Assembly: GCA_002104945.1 (NCBI GenBank)
Contig: MCFH01000022.1
Coordinates: 434,001-498,000 of the forward strand
DNA length: 64,000 nucleotides
DNA from: Piromyces finnis finn
Taxonomy: Eukaryota; Fungi; Neocallimastigomycota
Reading direction: 5' to 3'
Position 1 is the first letter of the stretch. Each line of letters begins with the position of its first letter. A program made the translations under genes and the position numbers. The notes under the pieces are model-generated. The model saw only the letters and a list, made by a program, of their open reading frames with translations, made no database searches and was not told the origin of the DNA. Positions 27,196 to 47,767 of this stretch are shown piece by piece.

Positions 27196-30100
27196 ATGCT
27201 ATCAAATACAAATTTGAATAGTTTTAATTCTATTAAAAATGATCAAGTAATATCAACCTATCAGGATCAACAAATTAATAGTATTCAAAACTCTTATGCT
27301 TTACCTTTTCGAGAACCATCAAATACACTTCCATTATATAATTCTAATTATAATGAAAAGTTGAATCATTCAAATGTTTTATCTAATAATTATACGATTA
27401 TAAATGATAATAACAACTTTCCTTTTAATAATATACAAAATAATTCAACAATTAAAGTTAATGAAAATGTTAATAATAACTTGACAAATGAAATTGAAAT
27501 GAATTTGATATGTGGAGAGGTATAATATTATTTATATTTTTAAATTTTTTTTTTTTAAAAAAAAAAAAAAAATTATTGATTGTTACGTATTTATTCAAAA
27601 TAGTCAGGATAATAAAAAAAAAACATATAAATATTACATATTTCTTTATATATATAAAATTAATTTCAAATATATATTAATTAAAAGTATATATATTTTA
27701 TAATCTATCTCTATCTACATAATTAAAATATTAAAAGTATTTAAAATATGCCAATTATACTTCAACACTTAATGAATTTGAAGTAGAATGTAAGAAACGT
27801 GGATTATACCATGATTTTCAAAAAGACCTTCATTCTAAAGATGTTGATAATAATAAAAAAAATGAAATATATGTATGTACTAAATAGAAATATAATTTTT
27901 AATGAAAAATGAGAAGATATAAAATGACTAATATTCTTAATTCTTTTATATATATTGATTATTAATAAAAAAAATATTATATAATATTTATTTATTAGAA
28001 TTTATTATTAAATTTCTTTCATCAAGGAAATAGAAATGGATTTATGGATATATGGTTAAAGATACTACCTGATTCTACTCGACAAGTAGATACTATTGCT
28101 CAAAAATTAGAATTTAATTTAAATGTTTACTTTGCTATCTATCCTATTCATGATTATGTTGATCTTAATAAATCCATTGTAACTATTTTTAAAAATATAG
28201 GAAATATCATTATATTATATTTAAAGAATCTAATTTTTTTTTCTTCCTCACCATGTATATATATATTATCTCATTTTTTTTTTTAAAAAAAAATGATCAA
28301 AAATATTTATTTTTAAAAGACATTAGACATTAATACCACCATGATGGAATTTAAAAAGTATTTGGAAAATAATAGTACAAAATTATCTCAATCACAACAA
28401 TGTATTCCATTTTATGCTTTACCCTATATACCCAACCCTAAAAATCATTCATTATTTAAAGAAACATTTACAGAACAATGGGTTTTAAATTTACAAGATC
28501 AATTAAAATTATTTATTAATTCATTATTAAACACTTCCCAAAAACCTAGACTCTATACACTTTTACAAGGAAATGTAAATATTTATAATAAACATTTAAT
28601 TATAATTGTCTTTTTTTATTTATTTATATTTATATTTATATGTATTTTGAAAATAATTAAAAATAATAATAGAAAGTTGATAAATCAACAAAGGAAAAAG
28701 GTAAAATTATTACATAGTAATGATTTTAATTTTATAATTAATTTTTTTTTTATTTATTAGACTATTTATTAGAAATTGAAAATTATAAAAATGAAATATC
28801 TAATTTTAAAATGGATAAAGAAACTATTGAAAAAAAATTCAGTAATCTTAAAGTAAATATATTAAATATAATATATAAATTATATTTAATCATTAAATTT
28901 TTATATTTAATATCTATAAAACTTAAAAAAAGAATGATTATAAAAATTTAGTTTCAATTTCCTCTGAATTAGTAAAAATAATAAATGCTTCAATGAATGG
29001 TGAACAGGTAAATCAAAAATTAATTTTATAATTAAAAATATGTTTATATATATATATATATATATTTCTTATTTAATAATTTTAAAATATTTATTTCTTA
29101 TCTTTTCATAATTATTATTATTATTATTATTAATTATTATTAACAAAAACAAATAATAATTAAAAAAGATATTACCTTCTTTTATTAATGATATATATCG
29201 TCAAATAGCAATATTTCAACAAAAGGTGATTAACTATAGACTTATTTCATTACTATACATAATAATTTATTATTCTATAAATGAGAAACCTTTTTACTTA
29301 AATATATTTAAATATTAATTTATTAAATAATATTAAAATTTTTGTATTTATATTTTTCGTATAAAGAATATGGAAGATTATGATAATGATTATGATAGTG
29401 TAAAAATATCCAAACCTATATCTAACCCATCAATATATGGTAATAATAATGAGGTTAGTAAAGATATGAGTGTTAATCCTATGCTTCTTTCTCCTTTATA
29501 TGATAAATCTGGCAGAATAAATTCAAATACATCCAATACCCTATTTAAAACCAATTCTATCCTATCTTCTAATTTAAATCAACCATTTCAAAAAATAAGG
29601 TTAGATTCAGAAACTCAAAACCCATCATTATTAATGAATCATGAATTTCAAAAAGTTCCTTATCAAAATCAAAATGAACGTGTAATTTCTTGGATAAATG
29701 AATCCGATATTAATAAAGATTTTATTCATTTTAACTATCATCAAATTATTAATGATTTGAAAAACTTAAATGATGATCAAAATTTGGTTAAACTTATACA
29801 AGCGTTAAGATTGGTAATTAATTTTAGTTTTAATTTTTAATTATTATACCCAAAAGATTTTACAGATATTCTATTTATCTATATAAATAGTTTTTTTTAA
29901 TACTATTTATTTAATCAAAAAAAAAAAAAAAGAATTAGAAATTATGATATTCTTATTAGATATTTAATTTGTTTTTTTTTCTATTAAATTATTATATCAT
30001 TTATAAATAAATATTAACATTAATTATCTACGATAAAAAAAAAAGAATTTATCAAGGGCTCATTCAAATGGAAAAAGAAGAGAAATTTTATCTACTTATA

Positions 30101-32719
30101 TTCAAAATGATATTTTAGATATAAAGAATAAAACAACACCAAATGTATATAAATTTGAAAAGATAAATTAAAATTTGATAGATAATCTATAGTATAATTT
30201 AAAAATTATTATAAGTTTTATTTTATTTTATTTTTATTTTTATTTTTTTTTTTTGAAAAAAAGGTCTATATATTAATATATTAATATCAATAATTTTTTC
30301 TTTAGGTTATCACTCGATTATTAAAATATTCAAGTGAGGTGGTTCATATTCAACTATTTAAATTACTTAATATTATTTGTACAGATAGTATAGGAAGAGA
30401 ATATTTAATAGGATTTTGTTCCAATATTATTGAAAATTTAATTACCATTTTATTTAGTTTTAAAACTTTTACCGATTCTATTTTCTTTAAAAATATTCTT
30501 GCTGTTCTTCAAAAATTAAGTTTAAGGTATAGAATTCAGAAAAGTTTTTCGTTTCTTTTTTTTTTTTTTTAAAAAATAAAGAAAATAATTCATTTATAAT
30601 ATCTCAATTAGATATACATATATATAAAAAGAAAATTTTTTGAATAGTTTTATTTGTAAAATAAAGGAAAAGAATTATTTTTTTATCATATATTAAAAGG
30701 AATGCATTTCATAATATATATTTCTTATATTATTAATATATTTCTATTTTTTTTATTTTATTCTAATTGATATAAAGACGAAAAGCTCAATCCCTAATGA
30801 TAAAAGAAAATTTAATTGAATTTATTACTGAATTTCTTGGTACCAATGAGAATTCTAATAATTATATTTCAGAGGAAACATTAGAATATTGTATTGCCTT
30901 ACTTATGAATTTGTGCCTTAGAACTGAAGGAAAAAGAAGATGCTGTCATCGTTCTAAAGAGATTTTAAAAATACTCAATAATCATATTGAACATGATAAT
31001 CAACAAGTATATATCATTTATATTATATATTTATATTTTATATACATATTTAGATAATTTCTTAAAACCACAAAAAAAAAAAATTAAATAAATTATATAT
31101 ATATATATATATTTATTCTAATCTATTTCTTAATTATATATAATAATAGATAAAAACTTATATAAACGGCACATTATATAATTTATTTACTGAACATATC
31201 ATAAGAGAACAGGCAAAATCTATGGGAATGCCAGATCTTTTACAGTATTTAATAAGCGTAAGTGATATTCAAATTAAGAAACAATTAGAATTTGTACTGG
31301 AACAATTAAATTCAGGTATTTTTTTATTTTGTTTTATTAATTAGTAGATGATTTTAAAATTTAATATTAAAAATATTTTAAAACTATTTAAATATAATAT
31401 TAAATGATTTTTTTTTTAAAAGATGAAATTATCGATAATTATGATTTAATCTCAGAAGATGGTGAAGAAGATGATAAAGAGGATTTGAATGATAATGTAT
31501 TTTATTTTTTATTAATAATATATTTAATATAGAAATTTAAAGAATTGAAAAATTAATAATATATTATAATGATCATTATTATATTATTCAATAGGAAATA
31601 CCAGAAATAGATGAGAATTTAGTTATAAATGATCTTGCAGAAGATGAAAATGAAGAATTTGGTTATGAATTATTACATAAAAAGTATCCTGTTAATAATT
31701 CCTTAAAACAGGAATTAAAACAAATGATACCAACATCAGTAAGCGACATATTACCATATTAAAATATTTTAATATTAATATAAAATTGAGTTGTATATGA
31801 AAATAAATATATATTTAATTTATATTCCATTTTAACATTATATCATATTTTATTATTATTATTTAATATTTAAAATTATAAAAAAAAAAAAAAAAGCCTG
31901 AAAAAGAATATGTTAAAGATGAAGTTTTTAAAAGAACAAATGTGACTGTTGCCAAGGCAAAACCAAAAAGTAAATTTAATTGAATTGAATAAATAATTAA
32001 TTATATCAATTGTTTTATTAATATAATTTATTAATATTTCTTTTTTATTATATAAAGATAATTATCAATCATCAATTAATAATAATGGTATTATCATTAA
32101 TAATATTGTTACAAATGCAACAATTGATAATACTAATATTCAAAATGATAATGATTTAAATGGTTCTAATTATAAATCATTTATTACAAAAGACACTACC
32201 CCACATAAAACCCAACAAACTCCTATAATTAAAAATAAAAGACATAACAAAGTAATTATAATTCGTTTTTTATTTAAAATTTTTTATATAAAAAAATTTT
32301 TTTTATAATTTTTAAATGTATCTATATTAAATATCTTTTAAAAAAAATAATTTATTTATTATAAGAAACCAACAAATGAAGATTATATAAAAATGCAAAC
32401 TATAAAACCACATCCTCCATTAGAATCAGTCATGAAAAAAGTGAAAGAAAAAACTGGAATTAGTAGTGAGGAAGAGTATGTTTATTTTTTTTTTTTAAAA
32501 AAAAAAACAATACAATTCAAGAAATAGGATTTATTCATAATTTAATTATCTTTTTAAATAATATATTATTATAGGTTAAAAGAATATTATCAAGCATTTA
32601 CTTCAAATCCACGTATTGCAAGAACTCCTGTAGAATCAATTTCTCTAAATTCTATATCTACTACATCAAAAAGTACTTTACCAGATATAAGACAAAATTC
32701 ATCTTTTAATCGTTCTTAA
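27196..32719 (+). CDS. ARMC9: LisH domain-containing ARMC9 (ciliary protein); multi-exon
   Basis: Contains QKLEFNLNVYFAIYPIH, PFYALPYIPNPKNHSLFKETF, LIQALR, LEYCIALLMNLCLRTEGKRRC, YINGTLY and NPRIARTP, all matching ARMC9 motifs as I recall them. The start codon is tentative; stop at 32717-32719. Confidence 0.88.
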
Positions 32720-33738
32720 AATTTTTAAACTATATAATTATACCATAAATTATTATATTTCATTAATAAACTCTATTTATATATAGATTTTTTTTTTTAA
32801 TTGATACCAATAATACTTCGTATATTTATTATTATTATTATTTTTTTATCTTTAATTGTATTTTAGATAAATACGAATAAAAAAATACTAAAAATAATAA
32901 AAATAATAAAGATAATAAATAATCAAAATATAAAATGTTATAGTATAATTAATATACTATTCTATTATCATAAAGTCAATTTTTATAGTAACCTTCCAAT
33001 ATTTAATATTCAAATTATCCTTAAAAAATTAAATTAAAATTTTAATATTAAAGATGTCACTTTTAATTTCAAATTCAGAGACATTGATAGTATGACTTTC
33101 ACGTGTATTGTCATATAATTAATACGGAAAAATTCATTATTAAATTTTTTGTATATATTTTTTTTAAATAAAATAAAAAAAAATAAAGGTTTATATCGTA
33201 TAAAATATTAAGTTTATTTTAGTAAGTAATTCTAATGATTATGGTTTAATTAAAGTAATTAAAGTTTTTGTACTAAAATATTAAATTTGTTTTTTTTTTT
33301 TTAATTTTAAAATAATAAATTAAACTTGTTTTTTTTTTATTTTTTCTTTTCTTTATCTAAAAATATTGAACTTTTGTATGTATATATATAAAGTTAAATA
33401 ATATATATATATATTTTGTATATAAATTATTATCATTATATTCCTTTTATAAAAAAAATTATATATATACATAAATTTATTAAGAAAACTAATTTTTAAA
33501 GGTGAATAATAAAAGATATAGAATGCTTTTCAAATTATAATATTAATTAAGCATTGTCTCTCCTCCTCAATATACTTTACAATTAGAAAGAAATTTTATA
33601 CATCCATTTGTAAAAAAAATATTTTATTTAATTATTCAATTCTATCATAATACACCAAAAAATTTAAAAAAAGAAAAGTACATATAATTGAACATAATTG
33701 AACGTGAAATATTAAAAGTGATATAATAATTATAATGC

Positions 33739-33870
<132 letters not shown>

Positions 33871-34059
33871 TATCAATTAATAATAAATTAATGTTAAAAA
33901 ACCAATATTAGAAAAAGACATAAGCATGAGATATTGATATATTCATATATTCACATAATACTAACATTTTTTATTTAATATATTTTATATTATTTTACAT
34001 TTTTTTTTGTTTTATTAATTATATATATATATATTAAAAAAATATAGTAAAAATAAAAA

Positions 34060-36263
34060 ATGAGACAATTTAAAAAGTTTTATATCATTGCCTTAATGGT
34101 AATAGTATGTAGTGTACAAAATTCATATGCTAGAAGAAGAAAAATATTTAGAAGAGATGCATCAAATTCATGTAGAAAGGCTTACATCATTGCAAGAACA
34201 ACTGAAAAGTTATGTCATATTGATATTACATCTCTTGATGGTTATAGTAATGATGTTTTAGAAGAAAAATGCTCCAATAATGGTTGTTTTAAGTATGTAT
34301 TATTAAATTAAAAAAAAAAAAAAATTTTTTTTTTTATTTTTTCTTTCATATATATATGTATATTTATTTATATAACATATTTGATAATACAATAATAGAA
34401 AAACTCTTGATGCTTATAAAAATTTTGATGAAATGTGTAAAAATAATGAAGTTCGTAATAAGGAAATGTTATTACAACATATTAATTCCTTTAATTCTAT
34501 TATCTGTAAAAAAACTGGAAATGGTAAGTTAAATGATTGAAGATGAAAAATAAAAAAATCTATACACCAGAATTATATATATAGATTATATCTGAAAAAT
34601 AATATAGGAAGAAAAGAAAATATTTATTAATCATATAATTTTATTGAATTTTACATAAAAGACTTCTGTTTAAGTAAGATTAATGAGTTTATTCATTCTA
34701 ATCCAAGTACCAAAAAGGACCTTGGTATGTGTGAAAATGATTGTATTTCAAGTATTTATTCTACAATTGGTAATGGTATCGTTTCAGTTCCAAATTTCTT
34801 AAGAAATGATATTATTCGTGCTAATCTCCTTTGTTCTAAAGTTCCAGTATGTTTTATTTTTTATTTTATTTTTTTTTAAATACATTTTACTAATTATATA
34901 TATAATTAAAATATATAATTATAATTTATTTAATTTTTTGTATCATAAACGGATGGTCATCAACAAAAACAATAATTTAAATTAAATATCATCAAAATAT
35001 AATAATCATATAGGGAAAGAGAAAGTATTGTATTGAAAAACTTGAAGATTTCAGAAAGGAAGAAAATTATGAAAAGAAAATGAATATTTATTGTGATTCA
35101 TTATGTGTACAAAAAGTTTTATGGAAAGAACAAAGTGAATATAAATTAACCTACAATTTAGATTCTTCACTTGAATCAATTATATCTAATTTCACTGATA
35201 GTGCCTGTTTATATAATGGTGAAAATAGATGTGGTGAATTTCTTCTTAAAATTCTTAATAATGATTATAGTTGTTCTGGATTAAGATATCCAAGAGTTTT
35301 CCCATTCTCTGGTAATTACACCATTTGTAATCAAGAAATTAAGGAAATTATAAATGAATATGGTACCTGTGTTAATTCTTTATTCAGTAATAAAAGTGGT
35401 GATTGGCTTAATTTATTCACTGAAATTAATAGATATGCCAAAACTCGTAGACTAAAGAATTTCTCTGTTTTCCAAAATCAATCAATTTGTAAGTTTTTTA
35501 TTTTATTTTATTTTATTGTATATATAAAGAAAATTTCCTTTTCTTTTTCTTTTTTTCCCTTTTATCTATTATATCTATTATTTATTATTAATTAATTATA
35601 GCTATTTAATTAATATATATATTTGTTTCATTTTAAAAAAAATCATATTTTAGTTTTTAATTATTAAAAATGATTTATTCTAATTCTATATTTACAAATA
35701 TTAATATATATTTATTTTATTTTATTTTATTTTATTTTATAATAATTGATTTTTAGATGAAGAAATATTTAACAGAACATATAAAATTGAAAACTTCAAT
35801 TGGGATTGGTATCAATCCAATGATAGAGCTGTATCTGTTTATATTATTAATTCAATTGCTGCTCATTTAGGAATCACAGTAAATATTTATAATATTTTTA
35901 GTATTATGTGAAAAACAAAACAAAATAAGATAAAGAAAAAAAAAGTATAAATATATAATATATAAATTTATTCTTATTTTATTTCTTTTTTTTTTTTTTT
36001 TTTTTATATGAATTAAGCCTTCTATGATTAGTGGTCAAGGTTATAATGAATATTCTGTTATGATTAAAGGTTTAACTAAAAAACAACAAAAAGAATTAGA
36101 TGACGATCATACAATGAGTTTAACTATGTTCTCAGGACAAATTGATTTTGAAGCTTTGATTGATGCTACTAAAGGTTTTACTATTAATGGTGGTCATATG
36201 ATCCTACCGAATATGATCACTATCTTTGTTTTCACATTAACTTTACTTTTTTTAATTTTTTAA
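34060..36263 (+). CDS. Secreted Cys-rich protein with probable C-terminal GPI-anchor signal; about six exons
   Basis: N-terminal hydrophobic signal FYIIALMVIVCSVQNSYA, a dibasic RR/RRD site and repeated Cys modules. Ends ...TINGGHMILPNMITIFVFTLTLLFLIF*. Exons are joined by canonical GT-AG sites. Confidence 0.75.
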
Positions 36264-36629
36264 AATGAATACTAAATAATAACAAAACAATTATTTAATA
36301 ATTATATACATATATAAAAAAAATGTATAAAATATTTTTTTTTTTTTTATTCATTAAATTATAATTAATATATATTTAATGTTTTTTTTAATTACGTTAA
36401 AATTTTTTCAATAGCAATAACTATAGTAATAAAATAATAATAATAAATCATATTATTGTATAATATTTTTTAATATAGTTTACTATTTTTTACTTTTTAT
36501 TTTTTTTTAAAAAAAGAATTCATAATCAGAAATATATACAATTATATCATTATTATTTTTTTAGTAATAATTTCATATTTTATTTCACATGAGTTTATTT
36601 TATAATATATTCATTTTTATAAAATAGTT

Positions 36630-39575
36630 ATTCAAGAGAGTCCAAGAGACATGTATAATTATTATTATTGTTACTTTCGCGTTCCGTTTCAATATTTGAT
36701 CCATTCAGTCTATTAAATTATGTTGTATTACAAAATTAGAAAAAAAAAAAAAGCACAATATATGAAAATTATTTATATATATTTATATATTTACGATTTA
36801 ATTTCAGAAATTTTAGAATTACTATTTTTAATATCTTTTTTATTATATAAAAATAAAAATAAAATTAATTTTCTTCTCTTTTGAATGTAATATTTAAATG
36901 ATTATAAACTTTTTTTTTTCCTGTCTGTATTATATATCATATTTTTAAAATATTGATTATAATTATTATTTTTTATGAATACCTTTTTTATCAATAAAGT
37001 GGAATTTTTTTATACTATCCTTATTAATTCCATTATTTGATATTGACTTTTGTTTTTCATTTTCATATATATTATCTTGAAGTATTTCATCTTTTTTATC
37101 GATAATAACAAATTTATTATGGTCGCTAAAACTGAGATTTCTTTTATCAGAATAATTTGATAACGTATGATATGATGTTGAATATGCCGCTGATGATTGA
37201 TTAATTGAAGGCTCTTTATTGAGAGATACATTTCTTTTATATGATGAATCTTTATTAATAGAATTCGATGTATTATATAAGGAGACTTTATTAAAAGAAG
37301 AAGCTTTATTTAAAGTTATAGGTTTTTTTGAAGTAATTTTATTAATTTTAAAATTATCAGAAATTGCTTCTTTTCTATAATTATTTCTTAAACTACTTTT
37401 AAAATAACCATTTTCATCATAATCAATACAATTATTGCTATTATTTGTCACAATAAATTCACCATTTTCATCTACATCAGAAATTTTGGGTATATTTAAA
37501 TTGTCATTTGTTTCGAATGATAAATTTTTAGAATATGTATTAAATTTTGTATTTTTTAACATTGATTTAATTGGTGAATATTTATTATCATAAATAATAT
37601 AACTATTACGATTATTTAAATAATCCATATTAATACTATTTTCACTTCTGGTGTAACTTCGATTAAATGAATTATTTGGATTATAATGATGTGGAGATCT
37701 TTATTATATTAATTTTTTTTAAAATATATAAATCATTACTAAATATTTATATTTTGTCTTTTTTTTTTATTTTATGTTTATTTTTTAATATATTACCTAT
37801 TATACTTGTTGTTGTTATTAACATTGTCATAAAAATCACGGTTTATATAATAATCATCTTGATAATTATTAAAATCATTATTTTTTTTAGTATTTATAAA
37901 ACTATGTTGGTTTTTAATAGAACTATTAGAATAGTCAAAACTATTACTACTTCTTGGATGGAAATAAGAGTTAGATTCGTAGTTTTCATTCATTTTTCTA
38001 AATGAAACATTTTGACTAAATTGATTTTGATTATATAATTTTTCTTGATTGTCATCAAAAATGTCAGTATCAGTTCCAACACATTTATTAAACTTTGGAA
38101 TACAAAGTTTAGTATATACAAACTTTTCATTATATTCCCTTTAAGTATTATTAATAATAGATTAATTGAAGAAGAGATATCATTAATAATACAATATATA
38201 ATTATTTTGCAAATTAATTTTTTTTTATATTAAAGTTTTTAAAAATTACTTGAATACTTCTCTATTAATTAAATCTTTATCTTGAACTAAACTCACGCAT
38301 AAATTAACAATTATATGAAGCTTCATAATAAAAAAGTGTTTTTAATTATTTGAAATAATTAATATAATGAAAACATTTCTTTTTATATATATATAATGTA
38401 TAATGTATTATCCCTACTGTTGTACTAATTATTAATCCTTGAAATAAATATTTACACCAATTTTCCTGCCTAGCTTGTGAAATATATAAAAGATGTAGCG
38501 GTGAATAGTAACTATATAAAATATTTTTATTTTTATCAGAATAATGCATTGTATACATATACATATATTTTCGAGTTTATTATAATGATATATTACCAAA
38601 ATAAATTAAGTGAAAAAAAAGGTGGATCCCATATTTTTATATACATATACTTTTTATTAATGTCATTGAAATTTCTGTTGCCAATACTGTTGTGTTTTTC
38701 TACCATGCTTTTTTGATATTTTCCATAATATTTTTTATAGAAAGGATAGCTATTATTTTTAAAAGGAATTTTTTCAGCAATTGAAACTTTTTGTATTTAA
38801 TGTGTTTTTAACAGAAAATATAATCTTACTATATTATTCCCCAATATGTAGTAGCCCAATTTGGAACATATTCATTTATATCACTTATTATAATTCTTTT
38901 CTTGATGGATAAGTCCTGTTGTAAATATGAAAAAATAACTTTTAAATTAATAAACTTAATTGTTATTTGACATTAATATTTTTTTATTTGAAAATTTTAT
39001 TTTTTTTTTTACATCTAAATTTGAATAATATATTTGGTATTTTTTTTTATTAAAGAAAACTATAAAGGTGTTTATAAAACAGATAATATAGTTTATATAA
39101 ATAATAAATTTAAAAATTGAATAGTAATTTATAATTGAATATTCAATGTTGGAATTGTTTTGTATTTGTATTTGTGAAAATATAAAAGATGCATTTAAAA
39201 TTATCGAAGATACAATGCTTAATTTATGTTTTACTTCACTATTTTCTTCTGTTTATTTTAGTATATACATATTAATAATAATGAAATTTCTGTTAATTTT
39301 TTTTTTTTTTTTTTTAGAGTTCTTCATTAATTAAAAATTGAATATAATTTATTTCCAAATAATGTTGTACCTGCTTGATACATTATTTTTTTTAAATATT
39401 AAAATAATATCATAAATAATATATATTTGTTATTAAATGAACATTGATATAGATTTGTATTTATGTAAATTATTGAAATAAAATTTAAAATGGACAGTAA
39501 ATGTTTTCCTTAACATAATACCATACTTTAATTCCTATTTCATAACTTTGAAAAAGAAATTTGAAAATTAGGCAT
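36630..39575 (-). CDS. Nur1/Mug154-like (DUF2418) inner nuclear membrane protein with long Asn/Ser-rich C-terminal tail; multi-exon, both ends uncertain
   Basis: Spliced exons give IWDPPFFSLNLFC|YYSPLHLLY...|LHIIVNLCVSLVQDKDLINREVFK|EYNEKFVYTKL...CVGTDTD. This resembles the family pattern W.P...l.LF..FSP.H followed by D..ii..EV..EY..KFV. It continues in frame into ORFs 37793-37993 and 36966-37628. Confidence 0.65.
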
Positions 39576-40262
39576 TTCTGAATTATGATTGGATAAAATA
39601 TAAAATTTTAAATTTATATAACTTAAATAATTAAATTTTTATTAAACATGATTAAGGGTTAAGAATTTCATTTATCAATTTAATTAATCATCAAGGTTCA
39701 TTAATATTTTATATATTAAATAATTAATTTATATATATATTTTTTTTATATTTTTATGTTTAAATTTGTGTTATAAAGGAATTAAAAACATTGTTGAATT
39801 TAAGAATAACAAATCCTTAATAAAATAGTTTAATTATTAACTATTTTTTAGTCAAATTCAATTATAGGATATAATTTATTTTATATAATTTTAAAATAAT
39901 CTATAAAATATTTAATTAAAATACATAAATAATATTAACTATTTTAATTTTATTAAATAACTAAATATTAAAAAGGAAAATCTTTTTTTTTTTATTATGT
40001 TAATAATTTTAAATTATAATTATAATAAAATTCATATCAATAAATATTATTATAATGTTTTATAAATTCAAATATAAATACTATTAAATTAAAAAACTTA
40101 CAAGTATTCCCATATTATTATTGTTTTTTAATTTTATGTAATTTTATATTTTCATTTTACATTTTTTTTTTAAAAAAAAATATAAATTATCAAAAGTGTT
40201 ATCATAAATAATTTTATGAAGTTTGAATTTAGTTTTTAAATACATATATATTCAATAGCAAA

Positions 40263-45495
<5,233 letters not shown>

Positions 45496-46988
45496 AGTAG
45501 AAATGCCCATTAAAATTTTTTATAATTAGTAAATAAAATTTTTTTAGTAAAAAATACAAAAAAAAAAAAAGTTAAAAAAAAAATAAAAAAATAAAAACAA
45601 TATAAAATAAAATTATAATTTTATTATGATCTTTTAATAAAAAACTTTTCCAAAATCTATTTAATTTCTTTAATATATATATATATTATTTTAATTTTTA
45701 ATATTACTCCTACTAATATTAATTATGAAATTATTCTATTGTGATTTATATATATTTTTCAAAAAATTTTATATTTTGAATTTAGTTTTTTAAATATTTC
45801 TATAAATATTTCTATATATCTATTTATTCCGTTTTTCTTTTTCAAATTTTTGGTTAATATAAAAATTTACTTTCTATAAGAATTAATAAATAAAACTAAC
45901 TCTTTAACCTATTTATACTTTTTAAAACCTTATACTTTTTACATGGTAAAAAAATTATAAAAATCTTAAACTTAAATTACTCTACTTATTATATTTTTAT
46001 TATTATTATTATTATTTATCATAATTAATTCTATAAATTTAATTATAATAATATTTTTAATAAAAAGTAACTATTATATTATTATTATTTATATTTGTGT
46101 CTGTTATCGTAATAATAATAGTCTATTATTAACAAACTTTAAAATAATAAAAAAAAAAAGTTAAAAAACGTGTTATATTAATTTTTTAGTAAAATAATAT
46201 TTTAATTAATTCTAATAAAATTAAATAGTTTTAAAATTATTAAAATTATGTATCTATTAATTTCGAATATTTATTAGTATATTAAAAAAGTAGATTTTAT
46301 TTCAATTAGAAAAGTTAAATAATTAATAATAATCAGTAAATATATAAATATTCTTAAAACTATTTATATGATTATTAATCCAAATGTTTAACATTTGGAA
46401 TATAAAACATATAAGATGATTTTATTCATATGAAATTCAAATTTCCATATTTTTTGAAGGTTGAGATTAAATTTATCTTAAATTTTTAATTTATTAATTT
46501 TTGAGTAAATTTATTTGTTTCGCAAATTAATGTAACACAAAAAACAATAATGTAAGTATAAATTTTATAAATTAACAAGCCACAATAAAATAAGTATATA
46601 AAATAAACTCTATAATATAAAACAAAATTAACTCAAAATAGGCTAAAAAAAATTTCCCAAAAAAAATATAATATAATATTTAATTTTATTATAATATTAT
46701 ATTAAAAAATATTTTAATCATTATTGTAATATTAAATTTAATTTATTATTAATTTTTAACATTCACTAAAAAGAAAAGTAAATCTTATTTGTAATTTGTA
46801 ACAAAAAAAATATTTAAAAATTAAGGTTTAACTTATGATAATTATATTAACCATCATTTTATTTTATTACTAATTTTTAAATTACTAATACTTAAATAGT
46901 AGCTTTTATTATTGAAAAGGATATTATTACTTATATTAATTATGAAATGAATAGCTTTCATTATATAAAGTTATATTATAATTTTTAT

Positions 46989-47067
46989 TGATCATCAAAG
47001 AAAAATGAATATTTTATTATGTTGTTTACTGATCATCAAAGAAAAATGAATATTTTATTACGTTGTT
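46989..47067. repeat. Tandem duplication, 41-bp period, about two copies
   Basis: TGATCATCAAAGAAAAATGAATATTTTATTA(T/C)GTTGTT starts at 46989 and again at 47030. Confidence 0.9.
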
Positions 47068-47767
47068 AAGGTAAAATTTTCATTAGTTTTTTTTTTTACT
47101 ATTATACCAAATTATTCTCATTTACTTTTATATTAGTATTACTTTAAATTTTAATTATTTTACTATTATTCTTTTAACTTTTTTTCTTTATAATAATAAA
47201 TTTTTAATTTATTATAATTATTAATTTCTGTTTTTTGTTTTTTATATATATTTAATAGATTTTAATATAAAATTAAAAAAAAAATAAATAAAAAAAAATA
47301 TTTATATACAATTTATTATTAATTATTTTGGAATAAATCTTATTTGTTTCTATTTTAAAATTGATCTACATTTATTAATTTATTTATTATTAATTTATAT
47401 TTTATTAAAAAATATATGAAATAATTAAATAAAATGATATATTATTAATTATATAAATTAAAAAGTGATAATTTTTCCCAATTATTAATAAATAAGGTTT
47501 TGTTTTAATATTAAAAATAAAATAATAAAGTTTATTTAGTATAATAATTAAAATTTAATTTTAGTAAAATTTTAAAAATAAGAGGAATACAAAAATATAA
47601 AAATAAATCATATATAAAAGAATAAATGTATTTATAAAAAAAAAAATTTAAAATTAAAATAATTAAATATAAATATAAAAGGAAAAATAATAGAAAATAA
47701 TATTTGTAGAAATTATAATTTATTTGTATAGTAAAAATTTTTTTATTAAAATTAATAAAATATAATA

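Noticed and set aside
46989-47067. Short direct repeats here and at 60775-60915 considered as CRISPR-like
   Set aside because: The units are contiguous with no unique spacers, there are no cas genes, and the context is eukaryotic.
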